Assembly: GCA_934098565.1 (NCBI GenBank)
Contig: CAKOON010000001.1
Location: forward strand, 300,275 to 364,274
Direction of reading: 5' to 3'
DNA length: 64,000 nt
Source: an uncultured Bacilli bacterium
GTDB taxonomy: Bacteria; Bacillota_I; Bacilli_A; RF39; UBA660
This document shows positions 44,596-53,965 of the stretch, in pieces; position 1 is the stretch's first letter, and every line of letters starts with the position of its first letter. Under the pieces are notes generated by a model. The model had not been told where the DNA came from. It saw nothing but the letters and a program-made list of their open reading frames with translations, and made no database searches. The translations under genes and the position numbers were made by a program.

Positions 44596-45777
44596 TTAAA
44601 TGTCAAACACTTTTAGTCTTAACATATCCATTTTTTCTAGTGGAATATCACTATGAAATTTAATTATTTGCCTTGGATGACGAGCAACTTCAAGCAAGTT
44701 TCCATCAATGTCAAAAAGATTGGGAACTGTTATAGTTAGAGGCTTTTTATTGGGGCCAATAACTTCGATAACATCGCCTGGTTTAAAATAATTTCGTTGT
44801 TCCACTACAACTTCTTTTTTATCCTTATCATATTCTATTACAATACCTAAAAAATCTTGATTACTTATTTCATTGCGGTCTTGATAATACTGTTCATTTT
44901 TACCTGGTTTCTTAGCAAAAAATTGAGGAACAGAATCACGATTAGCACAACGATTTAAGATTTTTCTAGAGTATTCTAAATATTCATCGGTAATAGTATT
45001 ATCTTTAATTTTATCAATTATACTGCGATACATAGAAATAACTGTGGCAATATAGTAGATACTACGCATGCGTCCTTCAACTTTAAAAGAATTAACTCCA
45101 ATATCAATCATTTCTTTTATATGAGTAGCCATATTTAAGTCTTTAGGCATCATTGTAAAGTCTTTATCGTATTTATCTGTTGTAAAAACATAACGGCAAA
45201 CTTGGCTGCAACCGCCACGATTAGAATCTCTATTGGTTGCATAATTACTCATTACACAACGGCCACTAACGCTAGTACACATAGCTCCATGAATAAAACA
45301 TTCTAATTCTAAATTAGTTTCATCTTTAATTTTTTTAATATCTTCTTTAGAAGCTTCTCTGGCTAAAACCACTCTTTTAGCTCCTAATGACTTATAGAAT
45401 AAGGCGGCTTCATAGTTTGAAGTCGAAGCTTGCGTTGAAATATGTAACTCAGTTTTTAAATGTAGTTTTTGGTGTAAGGCCATAACATAGATATCACTAA
45501 CAATTATACCATCAACACCAATAGTGTCTAATTTCTTTAAATATTTTTCTAATCCTTCGGTATCCTTATTATGAGGAACAATATTAACTGTTACATAAAC
45601 TCTTTTCCCCAAATTATGAGCATATAAAACCCCAACTTCTAACTCCTCCAAGCTAAAATTTTTGGCATTAGCCCGCAATGAATAGTCTCGCCCTCCAACG
45701 TATACAGCATCAGCACCATATAAAAGGGCTATTTTTAATCTTTCTAAATCACCAGCAGGTGCTAATAACTCAATCAT
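44596..45777 (-). CDS. peptidase U32 family protein (YrrO-like; tRNA ho5U34 synthesis TrhP2-type)
   Basis: 393 aa. U32 signature ECFIHGAMCTSVSGRC. Position matches B. subtilis yrrO. Confidence 0.85.
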   Translation of the reverse strand: MIELLAPAGDLERLKIALLYGADAVYVGGRDYSLRANAKNFSLEELEVGVLYAHNLGKRVYVTVNIVPHNKDTEGLEKYLKKLDTIGVDGIIVSDIYVMALHQKLHLKTELHISTQASTSNYEAALFYKSLGAKRVVLAREASKEDIKKIKDETNLELECFIHGAMCTSVSGRCVMSNYATNRDSNRGGCSQVCRYVFTTDKYDKDFTMMPKDLNMATHIKEMIDIGVNSFKVEGRMRSIYYIATVISMYRSIIDKIKDNTITDEYLEYSRKILNRCANRDSVPQFFAKKPGKNEQYYQDRNEISNQDFLGIVIEYDKDKKEVVVEQRNYFKPGDVIEVIGPNKKPLTITVPNLFDIDGNLLEVARHPRQIIKFHSDIPLEKMDMLRLKVFDI

Positions 45778-46556
45778 TTTAAGTCTCCAATCTTAAAGAC
45801 AGTAGCGCATCTCAAAAAACCATCATCGCTATTATCTATAGTTTCTCCATTTAAAAAGGCTAAAGTCGTTTTTAAGGGAATAAAAGAAGTATTTAGATAA
45901 AAATAATAGACATTAGAAAGTGTTAAAACATCTTGAACAGCAATATAATTTGATAATGCTACCGTCCCATCTTTTGTCTCATAAAGATGAAATTTAACCT
46001 TTCCTACTTTATCAGTAATATCAAGTCGGTTAGTTAATGGTAAGCCATAGTGTTTCTCATAATTAGTAACTAAATTTCTTTTCGAATACATGACTTGATT
46101 ATAGCCAAAAAGATGAAGAACTACAGGTCTAGTAACATTTTTTGTAATAATTTCTAACTCTTCTTTAGTTAATTCGTTCGAAACATAAACACTATCTACA
46201 TAGTTTAGCCATTCGTTAATTGATTTATAATTGCAATTAAAGTGATTAATAAAAAGAATTACTTCTTTGTTTAAGGATTTAATAGTTCTAATAAGGCCTA
46301 TATCTTCGATAACAAAACCATCAACTTCCAAAGATGGTAAAATGGTTTTTAAATTATCTATTTCACTATTATTTAAAACCTTATTAATTAAACAATATTT
46401 AGACCTCATTAAAGAATTAATCTCGGCAACAGAGAAGGTTTTTGGATACCCAACTGTATAGTCCTTTAAAGGCAAAAGAAAGAAGTTTATTCCTTCTTTT
46501 TTATAAATATCAGCTTCTTTTAAATCATTTAAACTAACTAAGAATTTAGATTTCAT
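45774..46556 (-). CDS. peptidase U32 family protein, short (YrrN-like; TrhP1-type)
   Basis: About 260 aa. ATGA-type overlap with the downstream U32 gene. Position matches yrrN. ATG at 46556 preferred over the GTG track start. Confidence 0.75.
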   Translation of the reverse strand: MKSKFLVSLNDLKEADIYKKEGINFFLLPLKDYTVGYPKTFSVAEINSLMRSKYCLINKVLNNSEIDNLKTILPSLEVDGFVIEDIGLIRTIKSLNKEVILFINHFNCNYKSINEWLNYVDSVYVSNELTKEELEIITKNVTRPVVLHLFGYNQVMYSKRNLVTNYEKHYGLPLTNRLDITDKVGKVKFHLYETKDGTVALSNYIAVQDVLTLSNVYYFYLNTSFIPLKTTLAFLNGETIDNSDDGFLRCATVFKIGDLK

Positions 46557-47139
46557 CTTTTCTTCTACTAACACTTAGACCATCTCCAATATCTAAAAAC
46601 TCCGTCGTAAATTCTTCATTATTCTTTAAAAAGTCAATATAGTCTTCAATTTTACCAACTAATTGACGAAGATTTTTACTTTCAATAGATTCGCTTTTAC
46701 CAACGTATCCGTGGAATTTAATGTTATCAGTAATAATAACACCGCCCTTATTTAAAAAATACTTGTACTTTTCAAAAAATTTAGTATATTGGCCTTTTGC
46801 CGCATCGATAAAAATCAAGTCATAAGACACGCCTGTTAAGTTAACGTCTAAGGCATCTTGATAGACTACATTAATCTTTTTGTCAAGACCACATTTTTTG
46901 ATGTTTTTTAGACATTCCATGTAACGTGTCTCATCACGTTCAATCGTGGTAACAGTGGTATTTACGTTACTTGAAGCCATCAAAATAGCTGAGTAACCAA
47001 TAGCACTGCCTATTTCCAAAATGTTTTTAACATTATATTCTTTAATATATTTCATTATGTAACAAATGGATTCTTTTTCAATTATAGGTACATTGTTTTC
47101 CTTTGCATATTTTTCAATTTCTTGTATTTGTTCTTTCAT
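46546..47139 (-). CDS. SAM-dependent O-methyltransferase (YrrM/TrmR-like)
   Basis: 197 aa. SAM motif ILEIGSAIGYS and IFIDAAKGQY. Position matches B. subtilis yrrM. Confidence 0.85.
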   Translation of the reverse strand: MKEQIQEIEKYAKENNVPIIEKESICYIMKYIKEYNVKNILEIGSAIGYSAILMASSNVNTTVTTIERDETRYMECLKNIKKCGLDKKINVVYQDALDVNLTGVSYDLIFIDAAKGQYTKFFEKYKYFLNKGGVIITDNIKFHGYVGKSESIESKNLRQLVGKIEDYIDFLKNNEEFTTEFLDIGDGLSVSRRKDEI

Positions 47140-47152
47140 ATTTTCACACCTT

Positions 47153-48229
47153 TTAATTATAAGTATACCATAAATTTCTGCTTTTTAAATCGACAATTAT
47201 GGCATTAAATTCACTATCAGTTCGGGCATAATAAGTATTTTTATTTTTATCAGCCACAAAATAATAGTAATTAGTTGTATCTGGATTAATTGTAGCTTTA
47301 AGACTTTCTAAGCCACTAGCACAAATCGGTCCAACAGGCAGACCTTTAACGCAAGTTGAACGAGTGTTATAGGGATTACACTTATTATATTCGTCTAAAG
47401 TTAACTCACTAGAAAAATCTTTCTTCACAGCATAATAAGTCGTGACATCGCTACCAAGAGTCCAACCGGATTTTAGCCGGTTATAAAAGACACTAGCAAC
47501 TTTACTACGTGAGGTATCATCTACCCCCTCCAACTCCACAATAGAGGCCAAAGTTAAAATTTCATGAGGCGTATAACCGCTATTTAAGATTGTCTCTTTA
47601 TAAGGAGCTAATTTAGTATTTAAACCATCTATTAAAGTTATAATTATTTCTTTTATAGAGGCATCTTTTTTAAAATTATAAGTATCAGGAAAAATATAGC
47701 CTTCTAAAGGATAATAAATATTTTTATTTAAGATTTTATCAGTAATAAACCAATACTTGTCAATTAACTCTTGTAAAAAATCTTTATCATTTAAAAGATT
47801 ATTAATCTCAGCCTCCGAATAAGGAAAGTTCTTGCTTATTAAATTAACATAGTAACTTAGGCGTTTTCCTTCAATAAAAGTAACTGTAACTTCCTCATCA
47901 AAAACTTTACCGGTACTAAATTTATTTAAGATAGTCTTTAAGTCCATATCTTTGCTAAGTTCATAAGTTCCAGCTTGAATATTAGTTATAGAATGTAACT
48001 TTAAATAAAGCTTGGCAAATGTGCTACTTTTAATAAGGCCTTTAGTTTCTAGAGAGTCTAAAATTTCACTTGATGTTGCTTTATAAGGAATGGTAAATTC
48101 GATTAAAGAGCTGTCTTTCCTATCAACTGGTTTTAAAAAGTTTAAATAAATAAGACTAGCGGCACCAACGGCAATAAGAAAAATAGCTAATAAAATGGTT
48201 ATTATTTTAAAAATTCTCTTCTTAGACAT
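47153..48229 (-). CDS. mltG: endolytic murein transglycosylase MltG (YceG-like)
   Basis: 358 aa. N-terminal TM and the YceG motif LTLASIVELEG. Confidence 0.9.
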   Translation of the reverse strand: MSKKRIFKIITILLAIFLIAVGAASLIYLNFLKPVDRKDSSLIEFTIPYKATSSEILDSLETKGLIKSSTFAKLYLKLHSITNIQAGTYELSKDMDLKTILNKFSTGKVFDEEVTVTFIEGKRLSYYVNLISKNFPYSEAEINNLLNDKDFLQELIDKYWFITDKILNKNIYYPLEGYIFPDTYNFKKDASIKEIIITLIDGLNTKLAPYKETILNSGYTPHEILTLASIVELEGVDDTSRSKVASVFYNRLKSGWTLGSDVTTYYAVKKDFSSELTLDEYNKCNPYNTRSTCVKGLPVGPICASGLESLKATINPDTTNYYYFVADKNKNTYYARTDSEFNAIIVDLKSRNLWYTYN

Positions 48230-48500
48230 TTTTTTCTTCTTCCAATTTCTTTTGAATTGACTCTAGGATATTAAAGATTAAATTCCACTCTTTTTCGGTT
48301 TCAATTGGATAAAGGTTACTGTCTTTGCCAGTACTATCGTAAATTGAAGCATAAACTTTTTCTTTGCCATCTTTATCTTTTTCATGGTCAGTGTAGACAA
48401 TATAGCTTTTTTTCGTTTCATCACTATCAAAAGTAAATAGCGGGTCAAATTCTTTTTCTTCACCAGCTGCATTTACTAATTTTATTTTATTATTTTTCAT
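48222..48500 (-). CDS. DUF1292 protein (YrzB homolog)
   Basis: 92 aa. FTFDSDETKKSYIVYTD...LYPIETEKEWNLI. Lies between ruvX and mltG, as in B. subtilis. Confidence 0.8.
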   Translation of the reverse strand: MKNNKIKLVNAAGEEKEFDPLFTFDSDETKKSYIVYTDHEKDKDGKEKVYASIYDSTGKDSNLYPIETEKEWNLIFNILESIQKKLEEEKNV

Positions 48501-48918
48501 TTAAATTTCCTTCTTTTTTCAAATAAGTATCAAGTATTATCATCGCCGCTGTTACATCAATTATTTTTTTTCTTTTCTTTCGAGACATATCATTTGCCAG
48601 TAAAATATTGGTAGCTTCCACTGTGCTTAGCCGTTCATCAACTAAGATGATGGGAACATTGACATATTTTTCTAAGACCTCTTGAAATTTTTTTGTTCGC
48701 TCGGTAGCAAAACCACAAGTATTATTCATATTTTTAGGAAATCCCAAGGCTATTTTGCTAACATTTTCTTTTTCAACTATTTTTTTTATTTCGCTAGCTA
48801 AGTAGTCATAATCGTCATCGCCATACTTTAAAAGTGTATAGGGATTAGCAATAATACCAGTCCTAGAAATAGCAATTCCAATGGTTCTGGTGCCAAGGTC
48901 AAGACCAATCACCGTCAT
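48490..48918 (-). CDS. ruvX: Holliday junction resolvase-like / pre-16S rRNA nuclease RuvX (YqgF)
   Basis: 142 aa. N-terminal GLDLGTRTIGIA and DERLST. Confidence 0.9.
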   Translation of the reverse strand: MTVIGLDLGTRTIGIAISRTGIIANPYTLLKYGDDDYDYLASEIKKIVEKENVSKIALGFPKNMNNTCGFATERTKKFQEVLEKYVNVPIILVDERLSTVEATNILLANDMSRKKRKKIIDVTAAMIILDTYLKKEGNLNEK

Positions 48919-48920
48919 GA

Positions 48921-49196
48921 TTACAACTCCTTATTTTTTCTATTTTTCATTTCAAAATCGTAGATGTTTTTCTTTTGCATTTTAATACTATTAGCTTTAT
49001 AAATAAAGTAACTTCCAAAAACAAAAAGAGCTAAAGTTACTAGATACATATACCATTTTTCTTTTTGATAAATATTAAAGACTAAATAAATAAGTCCTAA
49101 GGCTAAGCACAAGATACCCTCGATTTTAATTTTTTTAGCTTGGTGTCTAATAAACGTCCCTTCTTCGGTTTCAAAATAATCTTTTCCTTTTTTCAC
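48921..49196 (-). CDS. two-TM hypothetical membrane protein
   Basis: 91 aa with two hydrophobic helices. It occupies the slot where B. subtilis has yrzL (ireB), but is unrelated by eye. Confidence 0.45.
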   Translation of the reverse strand: MKKGKDYFETEEGTFIRHQAKKIKIEGILCLALGLIYLVFNIYQKEKWYMYLVTLALFVFGSYFIYKANSIKMQKKNIYDFEMKNRKNKEL

Positions 49197-49324
49197 AAAA
49201 TCACCGGTCTTATTATAACATAGGATTCTGGGCTTTTAAAGTGGGAAGTGATTTCTAAACTAATCTTGGCTATTAAAAAGCATCTTATAGTATGTCTGAA
49301 GTGTATTTGAAAACTTAATTGCAT

Positions 49325-49352
49325 AGAAAAAAGTCCGTATTTACGGGCTTTG
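49325..49352 (-). terminator. intrinsic terminator after tRNA-Glu
   Basis: Minus-strand RNA AAAGCCCGU-AAAU-ACGGACUUU plus a U-run. One C.A mismatch in the stem. Confidence 0.55.
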
Positions 49353-49362
49353 ATTATCAAAT

Positions 49363-49438
49363 TGGTGACCTGTACGGGATTTGAACCCATGTATGTATGC
49401 GTGAAAGGCATATGTGTTAACCGCTTCACCAACAGGCC
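49363..49438 (-). tRNA. tRNA-Glu (anticodon UUC)
   Basis: Reverse complement GGCCTGTTGGTGAAGCGGTTAACACATATGCCTTTCACGCATA...GGGTTCAAATCCCGTACAGGTCACCA. Folds as a cloverleaf, the anticodon loop is CTTTCAC, and CCA is encoded. Confidence 0.9.
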
Positions 49439-49451
49439 AGTAAAAATAAAA

Positions 49452-49528
<77 letters not shown>

Positions 49529-49548
49529 ATTCCTTTGCTGACTTCTTA

Positions 49549-49577
49549 ATTTTACTAAACTTTAATTTATTTTGCAA
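49549..49577 (-). promoter_or_regulatory. candidate sigma-A promoter of the tRNA-Ile/tRNA-Glu unit
   Basis: Minus strand: TTGCAA, 17-nt spacer, TAAAAT. The -10 element ends about 20 nt upstream of the tRNA-Ile 5' end. Confidence 0.6.
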
Positions 49578-49714
49578 CTGTTTTTTGATTATTTTTGATA
49601 ATTTTATTTTAAAGTTTTTCTTTTTCGAAGAAAAGCAGGTTATATTTCACACATTGTAAATTTTAGTTTAGGCTTTTCTGAATGAATTTAAACTTAAGGT
49701 TCATATAATTTAAT

Positions 49715-50101
49715 ATGGATATAGAAAAAAGACAAACCTTAAAAAGAATTGATATTGAAAGTTTTATATGGATTATCTATATTTTTTTGATTTGTTTTAA
49801 TTTATATTCCAACTACTTAGAAAAATTATATTTAAAAACGAATCAACCTTTTTATAAAAAGAAATTTCGAAGTATTAATAAAGCTGTTTTAAGTGTTATT
49901 CTTTTAATTTATATTTATTTTGTCTATGTCGCTTATCAAGATGAAAGCAGCCTAACCAGATATAAAACTAATAACAAGAAGAAGAAATTTTATACTGATT
50001 TAATTTTTATAGCTAGTATTCTCTTCTTAATTGGTGGTGCTATTAGTCTATATGTTGCCTGTAAAAGTGATATCGTCGATGAAGAGTTACCACTTATTTG
50101 A
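49715..50101 (+). CDS. hypothetical integral membrane protein
   Basis: 128 aa with three predicted TM helices. TATAAT lies only 6 nt before the ATG, so the mRNA may be leaderless. No family recognised. Confidence 0.45.
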   Translation: MDIEKRQTLKRIDIESFIWIIYIFLICFNLYSNYLEKLYLKTNQPFYKKKFRSINKAVLSVILLIYIYFVYVAYQDESSLTRYKTNNKKKKFYTDLIFIASILFLIGGAISLYVACKSDIVDEELPLI

Positions 50102-50924
50102 CATAGCGATAGCTTTTATTACTTTCTAAAATGATCCCATTAAGTTCATAGATTTTAGAAACAGTTGTTACTTCATAATTATTTTCTTTTAAATAAGGTA
50201 AAATTATTTCTAATGCTTTATAAGTCGTAAAATAGGTATCATGCATTAAGATGATGCTTTTATCTTCAAGACTGGAAAGAAGTCTTTCTTTAATTTTATT
50301 GGCATCTCTTAGTTTCCAATCAAGAGTATCATTATTCCAAAGAATATATGGTCCTAAATTATAATTTCTAATAGTATTAGTAATATTACCATAAGGTGGT
50401 CTAACTAACTTTGGCTCATAGCCGGCTAAGTTTTTTACATACTTTTTAGTTTTAGTAATTTCCTCTACGATTGTTTCTTGTTTCATTTTGGTAAATGAAC
50501 GATGAGAATAACCATGAACGCCAATTTCATTACCATTAGCTAAAGATTTTTGCAAAGTTTCCTTATAATCCAGATTCAATTTGTTACCAAGAACGAAAAA
50601 GGTAGCATGATAATTATATTCCTTTAATAAATCTACTATTTTTTCAGTATAGCTACTCGGTCCATCATCAAAAGTCAAAGCAATATATTTGACTGGTTTC
50701 TTAGCATCTTTAGAATCACCCTCTTTCTCCTGATTATTTTCTTCTGGAGCTTTCAAATTATCATCAGAAGGCTTAGAGTCGACTTTACTATCTTCAGAAT
50801 TAGTAACACTATAATCAAGATTTTGGTTTTTAATCGTCGCTTCTTTTGCTGATTTTAAAGGATTTAAAAAAACTATAATCCCAATAAAAATTAAAATTAG
50901 ACTATAGCTTAGAATATTTTTCAT
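50094..50924 (-). CDS. polysaccharide/peptidoglycan deacetylase (NodB family)
   Basis: Signal/TM, then NodB motifs TFDDGPS and HGYSH. ATG at 50924 follows GGTGA. Confidence 0.85.
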   Translation of the reverse strand: MKNILSYSLILIFIGIIVFLNPLKSAKEATIKNQNLDYSVTNSEDSKVDSKPSDDNLKAPEENNQEKEGDSKDAKKPVKYIALTFDDGPSSYTEKIVDLLKEYNYHATFFVLGNKLNLDYKETLQKSLANGNEIGVHGYSHRSFTKMKQETIVEEITKTKKYVKNLAGYEPKLVRPPYGNITNTIRNYNLGPYILWNNDTLDWKLRDANKIKERLLSSLEDKSIILMHDTYFTTYKALEIILPYLKENNYEVTTVSKIYELNGIILESNKSYRYVK

Positions 50925-50971
50925 ATAATCACCCATTTATAGTATGGGCTTAATTAAATTATTTATGCTTA

Positions 50972-51571
50972 TCAGTTTTTTCCTACTTTATGAGTTCTAA
51001 TTCCAACATAGTTAGGCAACTCTTTGAAGTCTTTTAAAACGGAAACTGAAGCTTTTTTATCCATAGAGGTAACAATCCAGCCTTCAATATAATGAGGAGG
51101 AATGACAGTAAGTGGAAACATATGATACTTAATACTATCTAAAATGCATTTATTAACCATTTCAGGGAAAAATTTTTGGGCGTTGATAGCGGCTTCTTTC
51201 CCGTGAACAAGGCCATGCCATTCTTTAATATTTTTATGTTTTTTAAAGTATCTTTGAAAATAATTGGGATTAAGGTCATAAAGTTTTTGATTAAATTGCC
51301 ATGCCTGCGGATAAAAATCGTGTAGAAGCCCAGCAATAGTAGCATCATAAACATTTAAATTGTAAAATTTAGCAACTAAGAATGATTTAAAAGAAACGAT
51401 AATTGAGTGTTCCCAAACGGAATTTTCATGATGTAAAAAAAGCTTACGGCGTTGGAATTCGTCGCTTAATAAAATAGGCTCAACTAGTTTATACCATTCA
51501 TTGAAATAGGTACATTTGTTGATTGGTTCCAAATCATTATAGACGTCTTTATTATAGTAATTATTATTCAT
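50972..51571 (-). CDS. HD-domain phosphohydrolase
   Basis: 199 aa. H...HD pattern (WEHS...GLLHDFY...HG...YHMFP). Confidence 0.7.
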   Translation of the reverse strand: MNNNYYNKDVYNDLEPINKCTYFNEWYKLVEPILLSDEFQRRKLFLHHENSVWEHSIIVSFKSFLVAKFYNLNVYDATIAGLLHDFYPQAWQFNQKLYDLNPNYFQRYFKKHKNIKEWHGLVHGKEAAINAQKFFPEMVNKCILDSIKYHMFPLTVIPPHYIEGWIVTSMDKKASVSVLKDFKELPNYVGIRTHKVGKN

Positions 51572-52580
51572 TTTCCAACTCCTTTATAGCCGCTTCTAAA
51601 CTAGATACAGAAATAATTTTAATGGTATAGCCACGATTTTTAGCCACTTCAATAGCTTCAGCATAGTTCTCTTCTGGTACTAGAAAAATATCAGCTTTAT
51701 TTTTGATGGCGCCAATCAATTTGTATTTAACGCCCCCTATAGCACCGACATTACCATTTAAATCGACGGTTCCGGTGCCAATAATTTTACGACCTTTCGT
51801 AATATCTTCATCAGTAATGGCATCATAGATACTTAATGCCATCATTAAGCCCCCTGAAGGGCCCGATTCGTTAGACTTAGCTTTTAAATCGATTTTAGGT
51901 TCAGTAGTTACTTCGCTAACATTGGTTAAAGAAACACCTATTAACTTCTGGCCCTTGGTTTCATAAACAGTTGAAGTCACAGTAATAAGGTTATCTTTTC
52001 TTAAGACTTCTAAGGTTACTTTATCCCCTACTTCTTTGGTGTTAACAATTTTTCTTATCATTTCGATATCATTAATGCTTTGACCTTCTACGTTTTTGAT
52101 TTCATCGAAAAGTTTAAGGCCGGTATCTTGACCATTTAAATAGGTAATTATATGTTTAGTACTAGTTATCGTATAAGGCTTACCAGCAGTCTTAAACGCT
52201 GCTATTTTAGCGTTGCTAATCGATTCTTCCATACTTATTTTTTCACGTTCATTAGCCTCTATCATAGATTCATCATCATATTTTATTTTATCTTTTTTCA
52301 CTAAATCCCAATTTTGATTCAAATAACTCAAGCCGACAAAAAATGGAGATGCCTTTATGACACTAACATAAGCCATTCCTAAAGTACCGTTTATCTCTTC
52401 TTTAGTATCATCAACACTAAGTCTATCGCTTAAATTAATAAAAGAACCTGGAGTATAAATCACGTAAGGAGTATCAATCCAGAAAAGGATAAAAATTGCC
52501 AAAGTAAAAATAATATAGCGAATATTTTCTTGGATAAATTTTTTGGTCTTGGCATAATATTTATTAGTCAAATGAATCAC
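51564..52580 (-). CDS. ylbL: YlbL/SepM-type PDZ plus Lon-like serine protease
   Basis: 338 aa. N-terminal TM, PDZ-like middle, and a Lon protease C-terminal domain with GPSGGLMMAL and GGVKYK. Confidence 0.85.
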   Translation of the reverse strand: MIHLTNKYYAKTKKFIQENIRYIIFTLAIFILFWIDTPYVIYTPGSFINLSDRLSVDDTKEEINGTLGMAYVSVIKASPFFVGLSYLNQNWDLVKKDKIKYDDESMIEANEREKISMEESISNAKIAAFKTAGKPYTITSTKHIITYLNGQDTGLKLFDEIKNVEGQSINDIEMIRKIVNTKEVGDKVTLEVLRKDNLITVTSTVYETKGQKLIGVSLTNVSEVTTEPKIDLKAKSNESGPSGGLMMALSIYDAITDEDITKGRKIIGTGTVDLNGNVGAIGGVKYKLIGAIKNKADIFLVPEENYAEAIEVAKNRGYTIKIISVSSLEAAIKELENE

Positions 52581-52612
52581 CTTATTTAATTATACCAAAA
52601 AAGGATAAAGAT

Positions 52613-53464
52613 ATGAAACGAAATTTTTTAATTATAATTACTTCCCTTATTATAGTTTACTTATTGTTTACAAATACCAGTGCTGTAGCAAATTCAATAC
52701 TTAGTAGTTGCGAACTTTTTCTGACTAAAGTCTTCATTTCACTATTTCCAATGTACATTTTAAGCAAAGTCTTAATTAACTATAATTTTCCCTACTACAT
52801 CTACCGTCTAACAAAATCTAATTATCTTTATATTTTTATACTCAGTCTTCTTTGTGGAAGTCCTAATGCCTATATTATTTTAAATGACCTTGTTAACGAA
52901 GGCCAAATATCTTTAGAGGCCGCTAACTCTTATAGCATGTGTTGTTTTTTTCTTAATCCCCTTTTTTTGTATGCAATGCTAAAAACTTTTCTGCCGGTTA
53001 ATATAACCATCAAGATAATTATTATTTCTTATCTTAGTAATGTTCTATTATATTTTATGCATAGAACAAAGGGTAAGCCTCTTAAAATGACACCAGAATT
53101 GCCTTTAGGTGATTTATTGGTTAGAGAAATCAATAATGCGAAAGAAGTCTTTCTAAATATCTTAGGAATGATTATTCTCTTTAATCTTTTTAGTCTCTTA
53201 ATTCCTAAAAACATTGGCTTTTTCGTAGGAATTTTAGAAGTTAGTAATGGCCTTAGCTATTTAATGATGATGAAAAATTCCCTTCTTTCTAAATGCCTAC
53301 TGGCAATTATTTTTATTAATTTTGGAGGTTTATCTATTCTCATGCAAATAAAGGCAGTTCTAAAAAATAGTCATATTTCTCTTAGCCCTTATATACTAGG
53401 GCGATTGTATGCTTGTTTTTTAAGTTTAAGTCTTTTTCTTACCAGCTATCTTCTTGAACTTTAA
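52613..53464 (+). CDS. YlbJ-like sporulation integral membrane protein (short)
   Basis: 283 aa, polytopic. LFPMYILSKVLI and CGSPNAYI..L...G.ISLEAAN resemble YlbJ (FPSLLPFFILSEVLI, SGNPAGA). Divergent from ylbL, as in B. subtilis. Confidence 0.55.
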   Translation: MKRNFLIIITSLIIVYLLFTNTSAVANSILSSCELFLTKVFISLFPMYILSKVLINYNFPYYIYRLTKSNYLYIFILSLLCGSPNAYIILNDLVNEGQISLEAANSYSMCCFFLNPLFLYAMLKTFLPVNITIKIIIISYLSNVLLYFMHRTKGKPLKMTPELPLGDLLVREINNAKEVFLNILGMIILFNLFSLLIPKNIGFFVGILEVSNGLSYLMMMKNSLLSKCLLAIIFINFGGLSILMQIKAVLKNSHISLSPYILGRLYACFLSLSLFLTSYLLEL

Positions 53465-53936
53465 GCTCATAGGAAGCATAATAATCACTTATAGTAGAAC
53501 TAGCAGGTATAAAGAGTTTTATTTCATACATATCAGTAGTTTCTTTGCGACTTTTGGCTTCTACTAAAGTATAACAAGAACCATTATACTCATAAGAACT
53601 TAAATTTTTTATGGTATTATTGTTGATATTAAGACGCAAATTATCATTTTTGCGACCACAAAGCAAAATTTTATAAGAAGTGTCTTTACTATTATTAGTA
53701 ATGCCAATGATATTGCCTTTTTCTTTGAAAGAATCAATATCGGTTAATTTTGCTAAATCTTTTTTTATATTAGGAACTATATCAACAACTAAATTAGTTG
53801 TCGTATAAAGAGCACTAATATTCTTTTGATATAAGTAACTAGCAATATTATAGGCTAAAATGATGATAATAAGAGCAATAATTAAAGCTTTTATAAATTC
53901 ATTGATAATATAATTATTTAAAATTTTACGATACAT
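53439..53936 (-). CDS. N-terminally anchored hypothetical protein
   Basis: 165 aa. One TM (ALIIALIIIILAYNI), then a beta-rich soluble part. Its 3' end overlaps the convergent ylbJ-like gene by 26 nt. Confidence 0.45.
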   Translation of the reverse strand: MYRKILNNYIINEFIKALIIALIIIILAYNIASYLYQKNISALYTTTNLVVDIVPNIKKDLAKLTDIDSFKEKGNIIGITNNSKDTSYKILLCGRKNDNLRLNINNNTIKNLSSYEYNGSCYTLVEAKSRKETTDMYEIKLFIPASSTISDYYASYELKVQEDSW

Positions 53937-53965
53937 TAAATCACCTTATTATAAGTATAGCATAA

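Noticed and set aside
44355-44663. 102-aa plus-strand ORF spanning the greA 5' end and the U32 gene 3' end
   Set aside because: It crosses an intergenic region and two conserved genes on the other strand, and its sequence is Leu-rich.
49193-49432. 79-aa minus-strand ORF
   Set aside because: It overlaps the tRNA-Glu gene and its terminator. The translated sequence derives from tRNA and hairpin DNA.
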